From the IMG/VR virus record IMGVR_UViG_3300027969_000040: a stretch of 64,000 bases of DNA, one strand, 5' to 3'. This DNA is from a virus. Taxonomy: Duplodnaviria > Caudoviricetes. This document shows positions 46,458 through 57,800 of the stretch, one piece after another. Under the pieces are notes generated by a model. It was not told the DNA's origin and did not search any database. It was given only the letters and a program-made list of their open reading frames with translations. Each line of letters opens with the position of its first letter. The stretch's first letter is position 1. Position numbers and translations under genes: made by a program.

Positions 46458-48032
46458 ATGAACAATACATATTTTTACTCAGGACAGATACGTCGATTCT
46501 TACAACAATTTGTAAGAATACTTAGCAATTTCCAAGTCTCGCTCGGAAAAGATAGAGATGGGAACGTGCATCTTTTACAGGTTCCTATTTACTACGGAGA
46601 CAGTAGTAGACAAGCCTCGAGCATATTACGCAACAATAGTGAAAATGCGTTACCCACTGTTCCTGCTATGTCAATTTATATAACAGGATTCCGTTACGAC
46701 CAAAAAAGGATGCAGGAACCATTCCATGTAAGTAAAGTACAAGTAACCGAACGTGCAGTAGATCCACAGGGAAACCAAACCTCTGCAGCAGGTAATCCGT
46801 TGACTGTGGAAAGAATAATGCCAGTCCCGTATTTGCTAACTATAAAATGCGATATTTGGACTAGTAATACAGATCAGAAATTACAACTATTTGAGCAAAT
46901 TGCTGTGCTGTTTAATCCAAGTTTAGATATACAAAGCTCTGATAATTATATTGATTGGACTAGTTTGAGTTATATCACATTAACAGATGTTAACTTTTCT
47001 AGTAGAGTTGTTCCCACTGGTACAGAAGATCCAATTGATATAGGTACAATGACATTTGAATTACCGGTTTGGATTTCTCCTCCGGCTAAAGTTAAAAACA
47101 TGGGGGTTATTCAACGCTTTATTAGTAGTACATGGGATACTACTGATATTACGCATGAACTTAATCGGCCGGGTGGTGGCATAATTGGCGGCGGTGCCGG
47201 TAATGGTGGTTATGGCACTCCTAATGTAAACTCTGTTGCTGGTATTCAAGCAGGTAATCCTGCATCTATTGCCGGTATTCGAGCAGGCAATTCTGCATTT
47301 GCTGCAAGTGGGTCAGTTGGAGACGAAGGTGGTAATGCATATAGCCCCGGGGATCTAATGGCTAAGTCTGTGTATACTCCTGTTGGAATTAATATTCTCT
47401 ATCTTGGAAATACGCTGAGACTAATAAAATCAGTTCAAGAAAGTAGCTTTAAAATAGATTTGCCGGCTACCTTTACACCCGGCGGCAATTCGTATGCAAA
47501 CGAATATAGTTGGGTGCTATTGTTTAGAAACTACGGCGGATTAACTAATGGCATAAGTCGAGTTATACTTGAGCAAGATAATGCTACTATTGTTGGTACT
47601 GTTTCACATCATCCAACAGACGAAAGTTTGCTACTTTTTACTCCAATCGTCGATACACTACCGGCTAATACATTATCACCAGTTGATGCTATAATTGATC
47701 CAAGAAGTGTAGTTGTTGACTCGGATATATTAAATCCAGAGTCTGGTACCAGATTTTTAATCTTAAACGACATAGGATCTCCGGGCGACAGCGAAGGCGC
47801 AATTGCATGGAATAAGCCTAACAAACCATTTTTAGTTGCAAAATCAAATGATATAATTGAATTTTCCAATGGTCAATGGAATGTAGTATTCGAATGCCTA
47901 GCAAATACCGCAGTGGAATACATAACTAATTTAAGAACAAATACTCAATACAAATGGAAAGATCAACAATGGACAAAATCAGTAGAAGGCCGCTACGGGT
48001 CAGGGGCCTGGAGAGTCATCCCTCGTCCGTAA
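46458..48032 (+). CDS. Tail sheath stabilizer/terminator (gp15-like) with extension
   Basis: YFYSGQIRRF, VPIYYGD, MPVPY, QLFEQIAVLFNP. Confidence 0.85.
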   Translation: MNNTYFYSGQIRRFLQQFVRILSNFQVSLGKDRDGNVHLLQVPIYYGDSSRQASSILRNNSENALPTVPAMSIYITGFRYDQKRMQEPFHVSKVQVTERAVDPQGNQTSAAGNPLTVERIMPVPYLLTIKCDIWTSNTDQKLQLFEQIAVLFNPSLDIQSSDNYIDWTSLSYITLTDVNFSSRVVPTGTEDPIDIGTMTFELPVWISPPAKVKNMGVIQRFISSTWDTTDITHELNRPGGGIIGGGAGNGGYGTPNVNSVAGIQAGNPASIAGIRAGNSAFAASGSVGDEGGNAYSPGDLMAKSVYTPVGINILYLGNTLRLIKSVQESSFKIDLPATFTPGGNSYANEYSWVLLFRNYGGLTNGISRVILEQDNATIVGTVSHHPTDESLLLFTPIVDTLPANTLSPVDAIIDPRSVVVDSDILNPESGTRFLILNDIGSPGDSEGAIAWNKPNKPFLVAKSNDIIEFSNGQWNVVFECLANTAVEYITNLRTNTQYKWKDQQWTKSVEGRYGSGAWRVIPRP

Positions 48033-48445
48033 CCGAAGGAGTTGGTGCGCTAATTTACGCTAAAAATAGCCAACGATATTTATTCCTACTCAGAGCATCG
48101 GGCAGCTGGCCACTGACGTGGGGACTTGCCGGTGGTAAAATTGATTTCGATGAGAATTCATCGAAAGCATTAATGAGAGAAATTAGGGAAGAACTCGATG
48201 GAGAAATACTCGATCCAAAGTTTATACCTATAGAAATGTTCACTAGTAGCAACGAACGATTTGTATATCACACTTTTTTTATTGCAGTTGATTTTGAATT
48301 TGTACCTAAACTCAACAACGAACATTTAGGATATGCATGGGTTCCTTTGGGTGCAGTGCCCAAACCAATGCATCCAGGACTTTACAGAACATTTAATTCT
48401 GAAGAGATTTATAAAAAAATTCAGATAGCACAATTAAATTGTTAA
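47954..48445 (+). CDS. Nudix hydrolase
   Basis: Nudix box GGKIDFDENSSKALMREIREE; true start probably later than 47954. Confidence 0.9.
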   Translation: MERSTMDKISRRPLRVRGLESHPSSVTEGVGALIYAKNSQRYLFLLRASGSWPLTWGLAGGKIDFDENSSKALMREIREELDGEILDPKFIPIEMFTSSNERFVYHTFFIAVDFEFVPKLNNEHLGYAWVPLGAVPKPMHPGLYRTFNSEEIYKKIQIAQLNC

Positions 48446-48462
48446 TGCCTGTAACACCATTG

Positions 48463-49125
48463 TCATTTGGGTAAATAATAACTATCCATTTTTGTACGGT
48501 GTACTAATAAATAACCATGAGCACGTAACCATTCATAAACTCTTGCTGTAGTCGAATCAAAAAAACTACGCTCTACAATTATTCCAGGATGGTATTGATT
48601 GATTGTATTAACCGCCCCAGTTAATACTTCAAGCTCATACCCTTCAACATCTAATAATATTAAAGAACATTCTTTTAATTGTAAAGAATCTATTGTTGTG
48701 ACAGAAACCGATATATGCTGCTGTACGGGCAGAGGATAAACAGGCCTATTAATTGTTTTATCCCATATCCTATGCTGTCCTGTAGTACCTACTTCTTCTA
48801 GTATAATTATGCCAGATTGTTTTCCTAATGCAGAATCAAATTTATGTATATTATCTTTAGTACAATTAGCAGATAGACAAATAAAATTTATAGGGTGTGG
48901 TTCAAATGTATAAACCTCTTTGAATATTTCACTTAAACATCTAGGGTACAATCCTTGATGCCCGCCGGCTTGCACAACTGTACCAAAAGATTTTGATACT
49001 TTATTTAGATTGCCGCGTATCTCATACCAGCCTTGTACTATATTATCCCAGGTCCCTTCACCGGGACTGATATCATCAACAGTCCATGGACCTATATTGT
49101 CAACAAGCTGATCTCGAATATACAT
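48463..49125 (-). CDS. FkbM-family methyltransferase
   Basis: VVQAGGHQG, YTFEP, LLDVEGYE. Confidence 0.85.
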   Translation of the reverse strand: MYIRDQLVDNIGPWTVDDISPGEGTWDNIVQGWYEIRGNLNKVSKSFGTVVQAGGHQGLYPRCLSEIFKEVYTFEPHPINFICLSANCTKDNIHKFDSALGKQSGIIILEEVGTTGQHRIWDKTINRPVYPLPVQQHISVSVTTIDSLQLKECSLILLDVEGYELEVLTGAVNTINQYHPGIIVERSFFDSTTARVYEWLRAHGYLLVHRTKMDSYYLPK

Positions 49126-49817
49126 TATCGTTTAACAAAGTGGTAGTCACCGTCTGGGCCATTGTTACTAAACAGTCCCATGCATTCAAATCCAATGCTG
49201 TTCATGTATTCAATTACAGTATCCCTTAAAGGTGCACCTTTGTTATATTCAACAATTTGCAATTCTAATATAACATGCTCAACTGATTGTAATGTTTCAA
49301 CTGCACCTTTGAGTACGTCCAGTTCTGCACCCTGAACATCCATCTTAATTAACTGTGGCATAGGAAAAGACTTTTGACGTCTAACATCATCTAATGTAAC
49401 AGTAGTTAATCTGCGACGATGTGATTCATTGAACACTTCAGTGTAGTTAATTGCAGCCAATATTTCTGGGTTTTCTTTGTAGTAGCTGTTGCCGCCAGGA
49501 TGATAATCGTTTTGATAAAAATCAACTTCTTTTCCGCTAACATCGCTGCATACTCCAATATTATATTTTAACCCTTGTTCTTTGAATAGAAATTCACTTG
49601 CATCCATTGCTTCAAAAGCTACAAAATCTGTAGTAGGCCATATTAGTCGAGCTTCGTTTGTCCAATGCAATACACATGCACCAACATCATAAACAACTGT
49701 AGGATTAAAATTATATTCTCGTTGCAGATGCATGAGATACATAATATGATTCCTAGGGATAGGCCTTTGATTTCCTAACTCTCGAAGATGAGTTTGTTTT
49801 TCTTCTAATGTAGTCAT
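49125..49817 (-). CDS. FkbM-family methyltransferase
   Basis: VYDVGAC, IKMDVQGAE. Confidence 0.85.
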   Translation of the reverse strand: MTTLEEKQTHLRELGNQRPIPRNHIMYLMHLQREYNFNPTVVYDVGACVLHWTNEARLIWPTTDFVAFEAMDASEFLFKEQGLKYNIGVCSDVSGKEVDFYQNDYHPGGNSYYKENPEILAAINYTEVFNESHRRRLTTVTLDDVRRQKSFPMPQLIKMDVQGAELDVLKGAVETLQSVEHVILELQIVEYNKGAPLRDTVIEYMNSIGFECMGLFSNNGPDGDYHFVKR

Positions 49818-52800
49818 TATTTAATTTCAAAGTTGTAACTACCAATATGATTACATAAAATAGAAGTATCAGCAAAGATGCCGAATCCTTTAGCTAATGC
49901 TTTTTTACAAAAATCAACATCTTCAGAAATTGTATTACTGTGACTAATGGCTGGATGATATTCAAATTGCGGGTATCCAACGTGTTGAAATACTTGTTTC
50001 TTAACTAATACACAGCCAAATCCACAACTGGCAATACTTACTAAACCTTGATTTTTTAATCTATCATACGGAATGTTTACAACGCCACCAAATTGATTGT
50101 GTTCGTAAATTTCCACTGTTTGTGTACCAGGAATACGTTGTATATATAATCCAGAGACTATATCTTTGTCATGTGCTAATAATTTTTGTAGTGTGTTTTT
50201 TTCAAACGATATATCACTATCAACACTAAACAAATAATCAAATCCAGTAACTACCCAATCTGCTATTAGATTGCGTACTTGATCTACACGATATCCAAAA
50301 AAGTATTGGAATGTTACTTCGCAATCATCTGGAACAATTAAATCATATATGCTTTTAAATGTCTCTGGCTCTATGTATTTGGCTGTTGGTATAGCTATTA
50401 AAATTCTTTTCTTATTTGGAATAGGCATGGTATTTTTATTTGTTAATGGGTTAACTTGTTGATACACTATAGTCTCTTTATCTAGAAATCCGCCTGTGAT
50501 ACTAGTATCAGATGTAGTTACAGCAAATGGTGTATGAAATATTACATTTGTTATTAGATAATTAGTTTTATTACGACTCAATTGCAAATCAAATATATAA
50601 TTGTCACCATAATATATTTGCAATCCCTCTGGTATTGGTTGCCATGAATCTTTGTGCATAAACATTAAACATCCAAATCCGTATGTGTGTTGGTTAGTCC
50701 AAGGAATAATATCAATGGTGCCATCGACGTACAGAGGCTGATTAAAATCTGATACCCCCGGAGATAACCCAAATACGCCTACATCCGGAGTAATTAAATC
50801 TTGTAATTTTTCAAATAAACTCATATCAAACAGCACATCATCATTGACAATGCATATACGTTCGTTACGACTAATTTCTAAACCAACATTCCACGCAGGA
50901 TTAACATAAATGTTTTTACCAAAATCTTTTATTTTTATTTTTTCATGCAACAACCGAGGTGTTTGTGTATTGTCATTATCAATAATAATAATCTCATCCA
51001 CAGCAGGATGTGAACATAGCTGATTAATAAAAGAAACAAATTGTTCTTTTAATCTCCACATAGTAGGCACTACAATAGAATATTTCTTTATATCTGGTAT
51101 CATATATGATTCACTTTTTTTGTTAATAATAGCATTTGCTGTAGCAGTTTGTTCCTTGCTATTCACTTTATAATCATTTAATGGATTGGCATCATTGTAA
51201 TTATAAACTATTTGTTGTAAACATTTTACTTGTGCAGGATCTGCTGCTTCTATTAGACTATAAAAAGTAGATCCATCGCCGCCGGCTTTGAACCATTTAC
51301 CAGTACTATCTTGGAAATTACTATCTGGAATGTCCTCAATAAGATATTTCCTAAACGTTCGTAAATGCGTGTACGGTAATATCCAATTGAAATGATGTTG
51401 TCTATATGATTTGGCTTGTTTGACAGACTCTGGGTATGGCTGGCTGATCAACGGTATAGTATCAACCATACTCCAGCATGATCCATATGTAAATTCAGTT
51501 GAGCCGTCGTATATGGCATTGTAATAATTGAATATAGTATTATCATTGATTAGACTATCGTCGCCGTCGAGTATCATTACTATAGCATTAGGATTCTCTA
51601 TTTCTCTAATAGATGCAACTTGATTATATACTGCACCTAAGCGTTCGTTATTTGATACTATATCAAAACGGTTGCGTAAGTATTCGGGCAATGCATCTAT
51701 AGTAGCAAGTACAACCTCAACTGTATTGTCGGTTGATTTATCATCAATTAAAATATGTTGATAGTTATCATAATCTTGTGCAGCTACACTTTCAATACAA
51801 CGTGCTATATAATCTTGACAATTATAAAACGTGCTTACAATAATTATTTCTTGCTCTGCTCCAGTTTTATAATTTTCTAATTCAATCGAGTTATGATATC
51901 TACGCTGCCAAACTTTATGAACTTGTCGATTTATTTTTGTTACTTGTTGATATTGTTGCCTCGACAAGTACTTGCCGGCTCGATGAAAAAAGAGTTGTTT
52001 CCATTGCAATGCTACAGTATCCCAACCAGCTAAAGGTTTTATAATGTTACAATAATATTGTTTTTGTTGATGCAGGTATGTATCATTGTAGGCTCTTACA
52101 GTCATTGCCACAAATTGATCAATTTGCTGTGCTGTGTTGACATCAGGAAATAAACTATTAGGTTCAATTGGATAATCAATTAAGTAGCTGGCACCTTCAA
52201 GTGCTACTTCTTCTGCTGCACCAAATCTACAGGTGATAACCGGGGTATTGTACAATAAACTTTCTAATATAGATATACCAAACGTTTCTGGAAATGCGCA
52301 AGGGTATATCATAAAGTTTGATTGCGCCAGGATTGATCCGATTTGTTGTTGCGGTATCACTCCTAAAAATTCTATTCCCCAATTGGTATACTTAGGATCA
52401 GCAACCATTCGTCGCCAATCTTGTTCTTGTGCGTCTGGTTCTGATGCTGAACTGAATCTATAATAACCACCGATTATTTTTAATCTAGCTTCTGGAATCT
52501 GCGCTTTAACTCTAGGCCAAATTTCATTCACTAATGGTATCATACCTTTAGTTACACTGGCATTATAAACAAATAGGTTTCGATCTTTAGCAGCAATATC
52601 CACTTCGGGTACATAACAATTGGCACCATTGCGTGTTATAAACAGTTTACGCTTTAATACTTCAAAGTTTCTTCTACGACCATGATTACAATTGGCTACA
52701 TAGGTTAAGTGAAAGTCACTGAGTGTAAATATATCTGTGATGCGATTGGATACTACTAATTCTTCTATTAGGTTATCACCTAAACAAAAAGTATCGTGCA

Positions 52801-53176
52801 TCCACAATATGCGCATCTTTGCTTGAGCTAGGATTCTCTGGTATAAGTTATATGGTTGTAATGCAAATGCTCTATTATCTTGCAATTTGTGGTAATCAAT
52901 CGAATCCACAAACGGAATCACAGTTCGACTACTAATAACAATATCAAATGAATGCTCTAAAGCTAGATCAGTGAGCGGACAGTATGTAACTAAATCATAC
53001 ACACCGGCTTGTGATTGATCTATGTTACAATTATTAAATACCGTAACATCAAATCCAATTTGTGCTAGTTCCCGTGCCATAAAGGTTACAGCACTTTCAG
53101 ATCCACCGAGACCTTGTTTAAACACAGTAGTTCCATCGTATGGTAGACCGATGATATCAATAATAGCAATTTTCAT
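49817..53176 (-). CDS. Four-domain glycosyltransferase (GT4-like plus three GT-A/GT2-like domains)
   Basis: GLGGSE...ETFGISILE; IDDKSTD...LDGDD; IIDND...VNDDV; IAIPT...VDSDI. Confidence 0.85.
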   Translation of the reverse strand: MKIAIIDIIGLPYDGTTVFKQGLGGSESAVTFMARELAQIGFDVTVFNNCNIDQSQAGVYDLVTYCPLTDLALEHSFDIVISSRTVIPFVDSIDYHKLQDNRAFALQPYNLYQRILAQAKMRILWMHDTFCLGDNLIEELVVSNRITDIFTLSDFHLTYVANCNHGRRRNFEVLKRKLFITRNGANCYVPEVDIAAKDRNLFVYNASVTKGMIPLVNEIWPRVKAQIPEARLKIIGGYYRFSSASEPDAQEQDWRRMVADPKYTNWGIEFLGVIPQQQIGSILAQSNFMIYPCAFPETFGISILESLLYNTPVITCRFGAAEEVALEGASYLIDYPIEPNSLFPDVNTAQQIDQFVAMTVRAYNDTYLHQQKQYYCNIIKPLAGWDTVALQWKQLFFHRAGKYLSRQQYQQVTKINRQVHKVWQRRYHNSIELENYKTGAEQEIIIVSTFYNCQDYIARCIESVAAQDYDNYQHILIDDKSTDNTVEVVLATIDALPEYLRNRFDIVSNNERLGAVYNQVASIREIENPNAIVMILDGDDSLINDNTIFNYYNAIYDGSTEFTYGSCWSMVDTIPLISQPYPESVKQAKSYRQHHFNWILPYTHLRTFRKYLIEDIPDSNFQDSTGKWFKAGGDGSTFYSLIEAADPAQVKCLQQIVYNYNDANPLNDYKVNSKEQTATANAIINKKSESYMIPDIKKYSIVVPTMWRLKEQFVSFINQLCSHPAVDEIIIIDNDNTQTPRLLHEKIKIKDFGKNIYVNPAWNVGLEISRNERICIVNDDVLFDMSLFEKLQDLITPDVGVFGLSPGVSDFNQPLYVDGTIDIIPWTNQHTYGFGCLMFMHKDSWQPIPEGLQIYYGDNYIFDLQLSRNKTNYLITNVIFHTPFAVTTSDTSITGGFLDKETIVYQQVNPLTNKNTMPIPNKKRILIAIPTAKYIEPETFKSIYDLIVPDDCEVTFQYFFGYRVDQVRNLIADWVVTGFDYLFSVDSDISFEKNTLQKLLAHDKDIVSGLYIQRIPGTQTVEIYEHNQFGGVVNIPYDRLKNQGLVSIASCGFGCVLVKKQVFQHVGYPQFEYHPAISHSNTISEDVDFCKKALAKGFGIFADTSILCNHIGSYNFEIK

Positions 53177-53218
53177 AGTGTATTTAAGTATACACTCATT
53201 GCTGCAAAAAATAAACCT

Positions 53219-54799
53219 TTAATAAACGTTTTGTGGATTATACGGATTAGTTCCCGTTTGACCTTTAACAATGAATCCAGTTTTAATTGATGCTAGTCTA
53301 GGATCGTTTGCAGGGGTTACCGCTTCAATCGTTTGGTAATTGGTTGGATTAACATTACTGGCCACAAAGTTTTTATCCGAATTAACTAACATAAATTCAG
53401 GCTGTGCATTAACTATAATAATATTTGGATTAATATTTGTTACCGAATTTACATTAGCACCATTTGCAACAAAATATCGAGAACTCGATACTGTCGGATT
53501 GCTAAACTCATAAGCTACCCGTTGATTAAGCGTAGATTGCGGAGTTATGTAATTGATAGGACTAATTACTGTAACTGAAACAGGTATGTCATATACGCCA
53601 GATTTAGATGCTGTGCCAGTAGTTAGTATGCTAGCATTTGGATTCAGCATGGCACCGGTTGGATTTGTATAGGTATTGACTGGGCTGCCAGATGCTAGTA
53701 CATTTGATGTAATATCTCCGTAGGGTATATTCAATCCACCGTTGAAATACAATCGCGAGTAATTGTAATAATTGTTTACTGCGGCTACAGTGGATGTAAG
53801 TGGTGGTACTATAGTAGAGTATGTTGCCACCCCAACGTTGGTAATAGTATTATTGTTAGAACTTGAATCAGTTAACAACGCACCACTGGAATTAAACTGC
53901 AATAATAATTGTGTATTGCTGATATTAGTCAATGGTATTGTTGGTGTAAAGTTTGCGGTATATACAATAGATTTAGTTATACGCACATTAGTTATTTGAC
54001 CGTTAAATTGACCGGTGGCCGTTGTAAACCCAATACCCAATGTGTTTGTTGGTGCAGATGCGCTATAAGCAAATGCTACGTTAGCAGCAGTACCTGCCAG
54101 GTTACCATTTACATAAATATTTGATCTTTTTGTACTGCTGGCAAAAGTTGTTGCTACATGATACCAGCCCCCGGTGGCAACAGCACTATTAGCATAAGTC
54201 CATGTGTTATTAGTTGATACACCTCTGGTATAAACTACTGTCACTGCGCCCACTGTGGGATTGTTTATTGACAACTCAAATCCAATGGATGTAGTTACTC
54301 CACTGGTGCCTAATAGATTTTGATATGTTGTTGCTCTGCTATAGTACCAACATTCTATTGTATAATCCTGCAACCCATTATGTAGGTAAGTCCATGTAGC
54401 TGCTGTATTTGCTGTCAGTGATTGAGTAGTACCGTTAAGTAGCACACTACCGCTGGCTAATCCTGCGCCTGCAATAACAGCCTGGCCACCAACATTATTG
54501 TTAGTTAATTCTAATGCTGGTAGCAGAGGCGTACTGATAGCGTTGGCCTGATTGCTATAGGCAAACGTAGTATTACCAAAACGGCTAACTGAATCTGCGG
54601 TTTGTATTACGTTAGCTAATTCAGATCTAGTATATCTTTGCCCTACTCCTACATTGCTACTGGTTTTTATAACAGTCTCAAGCGGCACTATGTCGCCTGC
54701 TGTATTAATGCCAGCTATAGACGATGGATCATACTTGGTAACAATAGTAACAATTTGATTTACTATTAGATCTACAGAAGTTATTTGACTAAACGACAT
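53219..54799 (-). CDS. Fibre/adhesin protein with one LamG (concanavalin A-like) domain
   Basis: YTIECW...WYHVA...ITNVRITKSIVYTANF; Thr/Ser/Asn-rich. Confidence 0.75.
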   Translation of the reverse strand: MSFSQITSVDLIVNQIVTIVTKYDPSSIAGINTAGDIVPLETVIKTSSNVGVGQRYTRSELANVIQTADSVSRFGNTTFAYSNQANAISTPLLPALELTNNNVGGQAVIAGAGLASGSVLLNGTTQSLTANTAATWTYLHNGLQDYTIECWYYSRATTYQNLLGTSGVTTSIGFELSINNPTVGAVTVVYTRGVSTNNTWTYANSAVATGGWYHVATTFASSTKRSNIYVNGNLAGTAANVAFAYSASAPTNTLGIGFTTATGQFNGQITNVRITKSIVYTANFTPTIPLTNISNTQLLLQFNSSGALLTDSSSNNNTITNVGVATYSTIVPPLTSTVAAVNNYYNYSRLYFNGGLNIPYGDITSNVLASGSPVNTYTNPTGAMLNPNASILTTGTASKSGVYDIPVSVTVISPINYITPQSTLNQRVAYEFSNPTVSSSRYFVANGANVNSVTNINPNIIIVNAQPEFMLVNSDKNFVASNVNPTNYQTIEAVTPANDPRLASIKTGFIVKGQTGTNPYNPQNVY

Positions 54800-54814
54800 A
54801 ATGTATTTAACTGG

Positions 54815-57800
54815 TTATAAGTACTGATCGGGCTCAGTTGAATCATCCTGGGTACCAGTTTTAGTGATATATGTAGCCTTTAATGTCAGCTTCCTTGGAT
54901 CATTGGTAGTGGTTATTGGTTGTGCATATTGATAATTAAACGGTTTATCGTAAGTAGCCGGAAACGCTGGGTCACTGTTACGCAACATCCATTCTGCTTG
55001 ATAGTTAACAGTTATGTTGATGTCTGTTGAACCTACTATGTTATTTCCATCCACAGGTGCTCGGGCTATAGTGACTAAAGCGGTGTTGTTATTTGTTGGA
55101 TACTCGTAGATGACATTTGAGTTTGCGTTTGTTGGTCCGTACCCTAATGTATTGTATACTTGTTGATCAATGGTGTTATCAAGCACAATCACGTCTACGT
55201 TTGATCCAATTGCAGTGGTATTTGTAGATTGTAGATTGCCAAGGTAGACTAGATTAAGTGGACTGATGTATGGATATGTATAGGTGCTAGATGTAGTTGA
55301 ATATACCAGCGCAAATGCACCATTTGCTCCCCATCCACGTGAGGTATCCAGTGAACTAGTAACGCCTCCACCACCTCCACCACCGTAGAGTCCGCCATTG
55401 CTGCCAAATCCGGGCTGTGCTCCATTACCAGTTAGGCCAAGCGTAACTTCTGGACCACCACCGGTGCCGGGTTGACCTGCTGCGCCTCCTGCACCAGAAT
55501 ATCCACCTGGGCCCCAAATGTCTACTCCGCCACCACCTCCGCCAAATGTTGCACTAGAGCCACCACCTCCCCCACCACCGCCGATGCCGTAGCTGCCAGC
55601 TGCTAGCGACGAACCCGCTGCGCCGTTACCGCCAAAGCCCAGGTAACCTGCTGCACCACCACCTCCGCCGGCGTAAGGTCCACCGTTGCCGCCTGCACTG
55701 CCAATTGAGATATTAGCAGCTATAGTAAATGTTCCTGCTGTGGTAAATGTGTGTATGGTATATCCGCCGATTGATGTTACTGTACCGCCGGTGGCTATTT
55801 GTGTGCCTAGATAGCGCATGATGACTATGCCCGAACCACCCCAACCACCCGAGCCGCCGCCGCCGCCGGTATATGGCGAGCCATTGGCAGTTGCGTTAAC
55901 AGTACCAGTGCTGCCTGTGTATCCTGTAACTTGTGTTGCTGCCCATACACTGTTGTCGCCCTGGCCGCCGCCGCCTAGGCCACCCGAACTCAATAGATAC
56001 CCTGCATTGAGTGGGTAGCCAGCACTGCTGCCGCCGCCTGCATAGTATGTGGGTACGCCACTTATCGTGTATTGGCGACCTATTCCACCATTGGCAGTAC
56101 CCACAGAGACACTGTCACCCGCACCGCCTGCGCCACCACCACCTCCACCATAGGGTTGAACTGCGCCACCAACACCGCCTGTGTTGCCAAAGCCGGTATT
56201 GGTATAAGCCGTACCGTTGTAGTAGCTGGTAGTAGGCTGACTCGAAGATAAGGCTGTGTAACCAGGATACCAGCTGGCACCGCCGCTGCCACCCGAGTTA
56301 GCGTTGGGTGTAGAATCGTTAAATCCACCCCCACCACCACCATAGGCAATTACGCCGCGGACGGGGTCTATAAATGGTACAACATCGGTTTTGATTAATG
56401 GCGTGCCGGTGTTGATGGTGTATGTGTAACCGTATAGATAGTTGTTCGCACTGTTGTCTTTGTAGGTGCTGCTTTGTAGTACTAGTAGATTAGTTCTATT
56501 ATCTATATTGCCAGTGATAGCAGCAATGTTTCCCGACACAGTTTGAGTTGCGGCAAATGGTCTAGTGGGTGGAGTAAATGCGCCGGTATATACCATTCCT
56601 CTGGTAAAACGGAAGTTACTTAAATATCCAAGAAAATATTCACTACCGGTCCTAACACCGCCAATAATCATGGGTTCAGTATTGGTGGTGATAGTGACTG
56701 CGCTTGTGTATACTTGCGTCCCGTTTACATAGATAACAATATTGGTTCCAGTGTAAACCCAGGCACAGTGGCTCCAGGTGTTGGCAGTTAATGTTGTTGT
56801 GCTTTCGTAATTGGTTCCGTTATAGAAACTGATAACACCACTGGTCAATCGCAGGTAACCCTCATATTCGGTAGTGGCTGTGGCATTTACACGTTTGGCA
56901 AATACGGTCCTATAAGTACTATAGTCACCCGAAGGATTGACCCAACATTCTGCTGTCCATCCAGCAACGGGTTGCAGTAACAGGCTGGTTTGTGAGCCCG
57001 TAATGGCTGCTATATTTGCGCCACTGGAACTTTGAGTAATAGTTAATGGGGCAGTGGGTACTGTAAAATTGCCAGTGTAGACTGCTGCACCTTTGACTAT
57101 ACGTAGATTGGATATGTAACCAGTTGTTAAAAAAGTTGCTCCTGCGATACCGTTAATTTGTAGTGCCTGTGATGCGACTGATATGTTTGTAGAAATACCA
57201 GCGTTTGTGGATACTGATGTGCCATTGGAATACAATGTCAGTGTAGTACCATTTCTAACCGCAGCTACATGTATCCATGTGTTTATGGATAATCCCCCAC
57301 CGCCTTGATAAAATGTTGCTGTTGTTCCATCTGAAACACCGAATCTTAAATTAGTAGCAGTAGGACTGCCTTGTGTAAAAACCCAAGAGCTGGTTGCTGC
57401 GGTACCAGTCCATGGACCAACAAACGCACCAGCAACCAAAGCTGTAGTTATATAAACCCAACACTCAACAGTAAAACTACCAGTGCCATATGCAAAGGCG
57501 GCGTTTGCTGTTACCGTTAAATATTGGCTACCAGCAAAACTTATACTGTTTACAGTGCCCAATGGTGTAATTGCAGGTGCTGTTGCAATCACGTTTGGTA
57601 TTGATGCTGTACTGGTCACGGTAAATTGATTAACACTGGTATCAACAGCAGGTACTGTAGTCAGTGCTGTTGAGTTGGTGTACTGCAACAGGGTTGCACC
57701 ATTGAAGTAGACGCTGGCGTATCCATCAGTTGACGGTGTGGTCTGTGAAAATATGCTGGGACTTACGCTGCCGTAATATTTTACGATTGGTAAGTTATAT

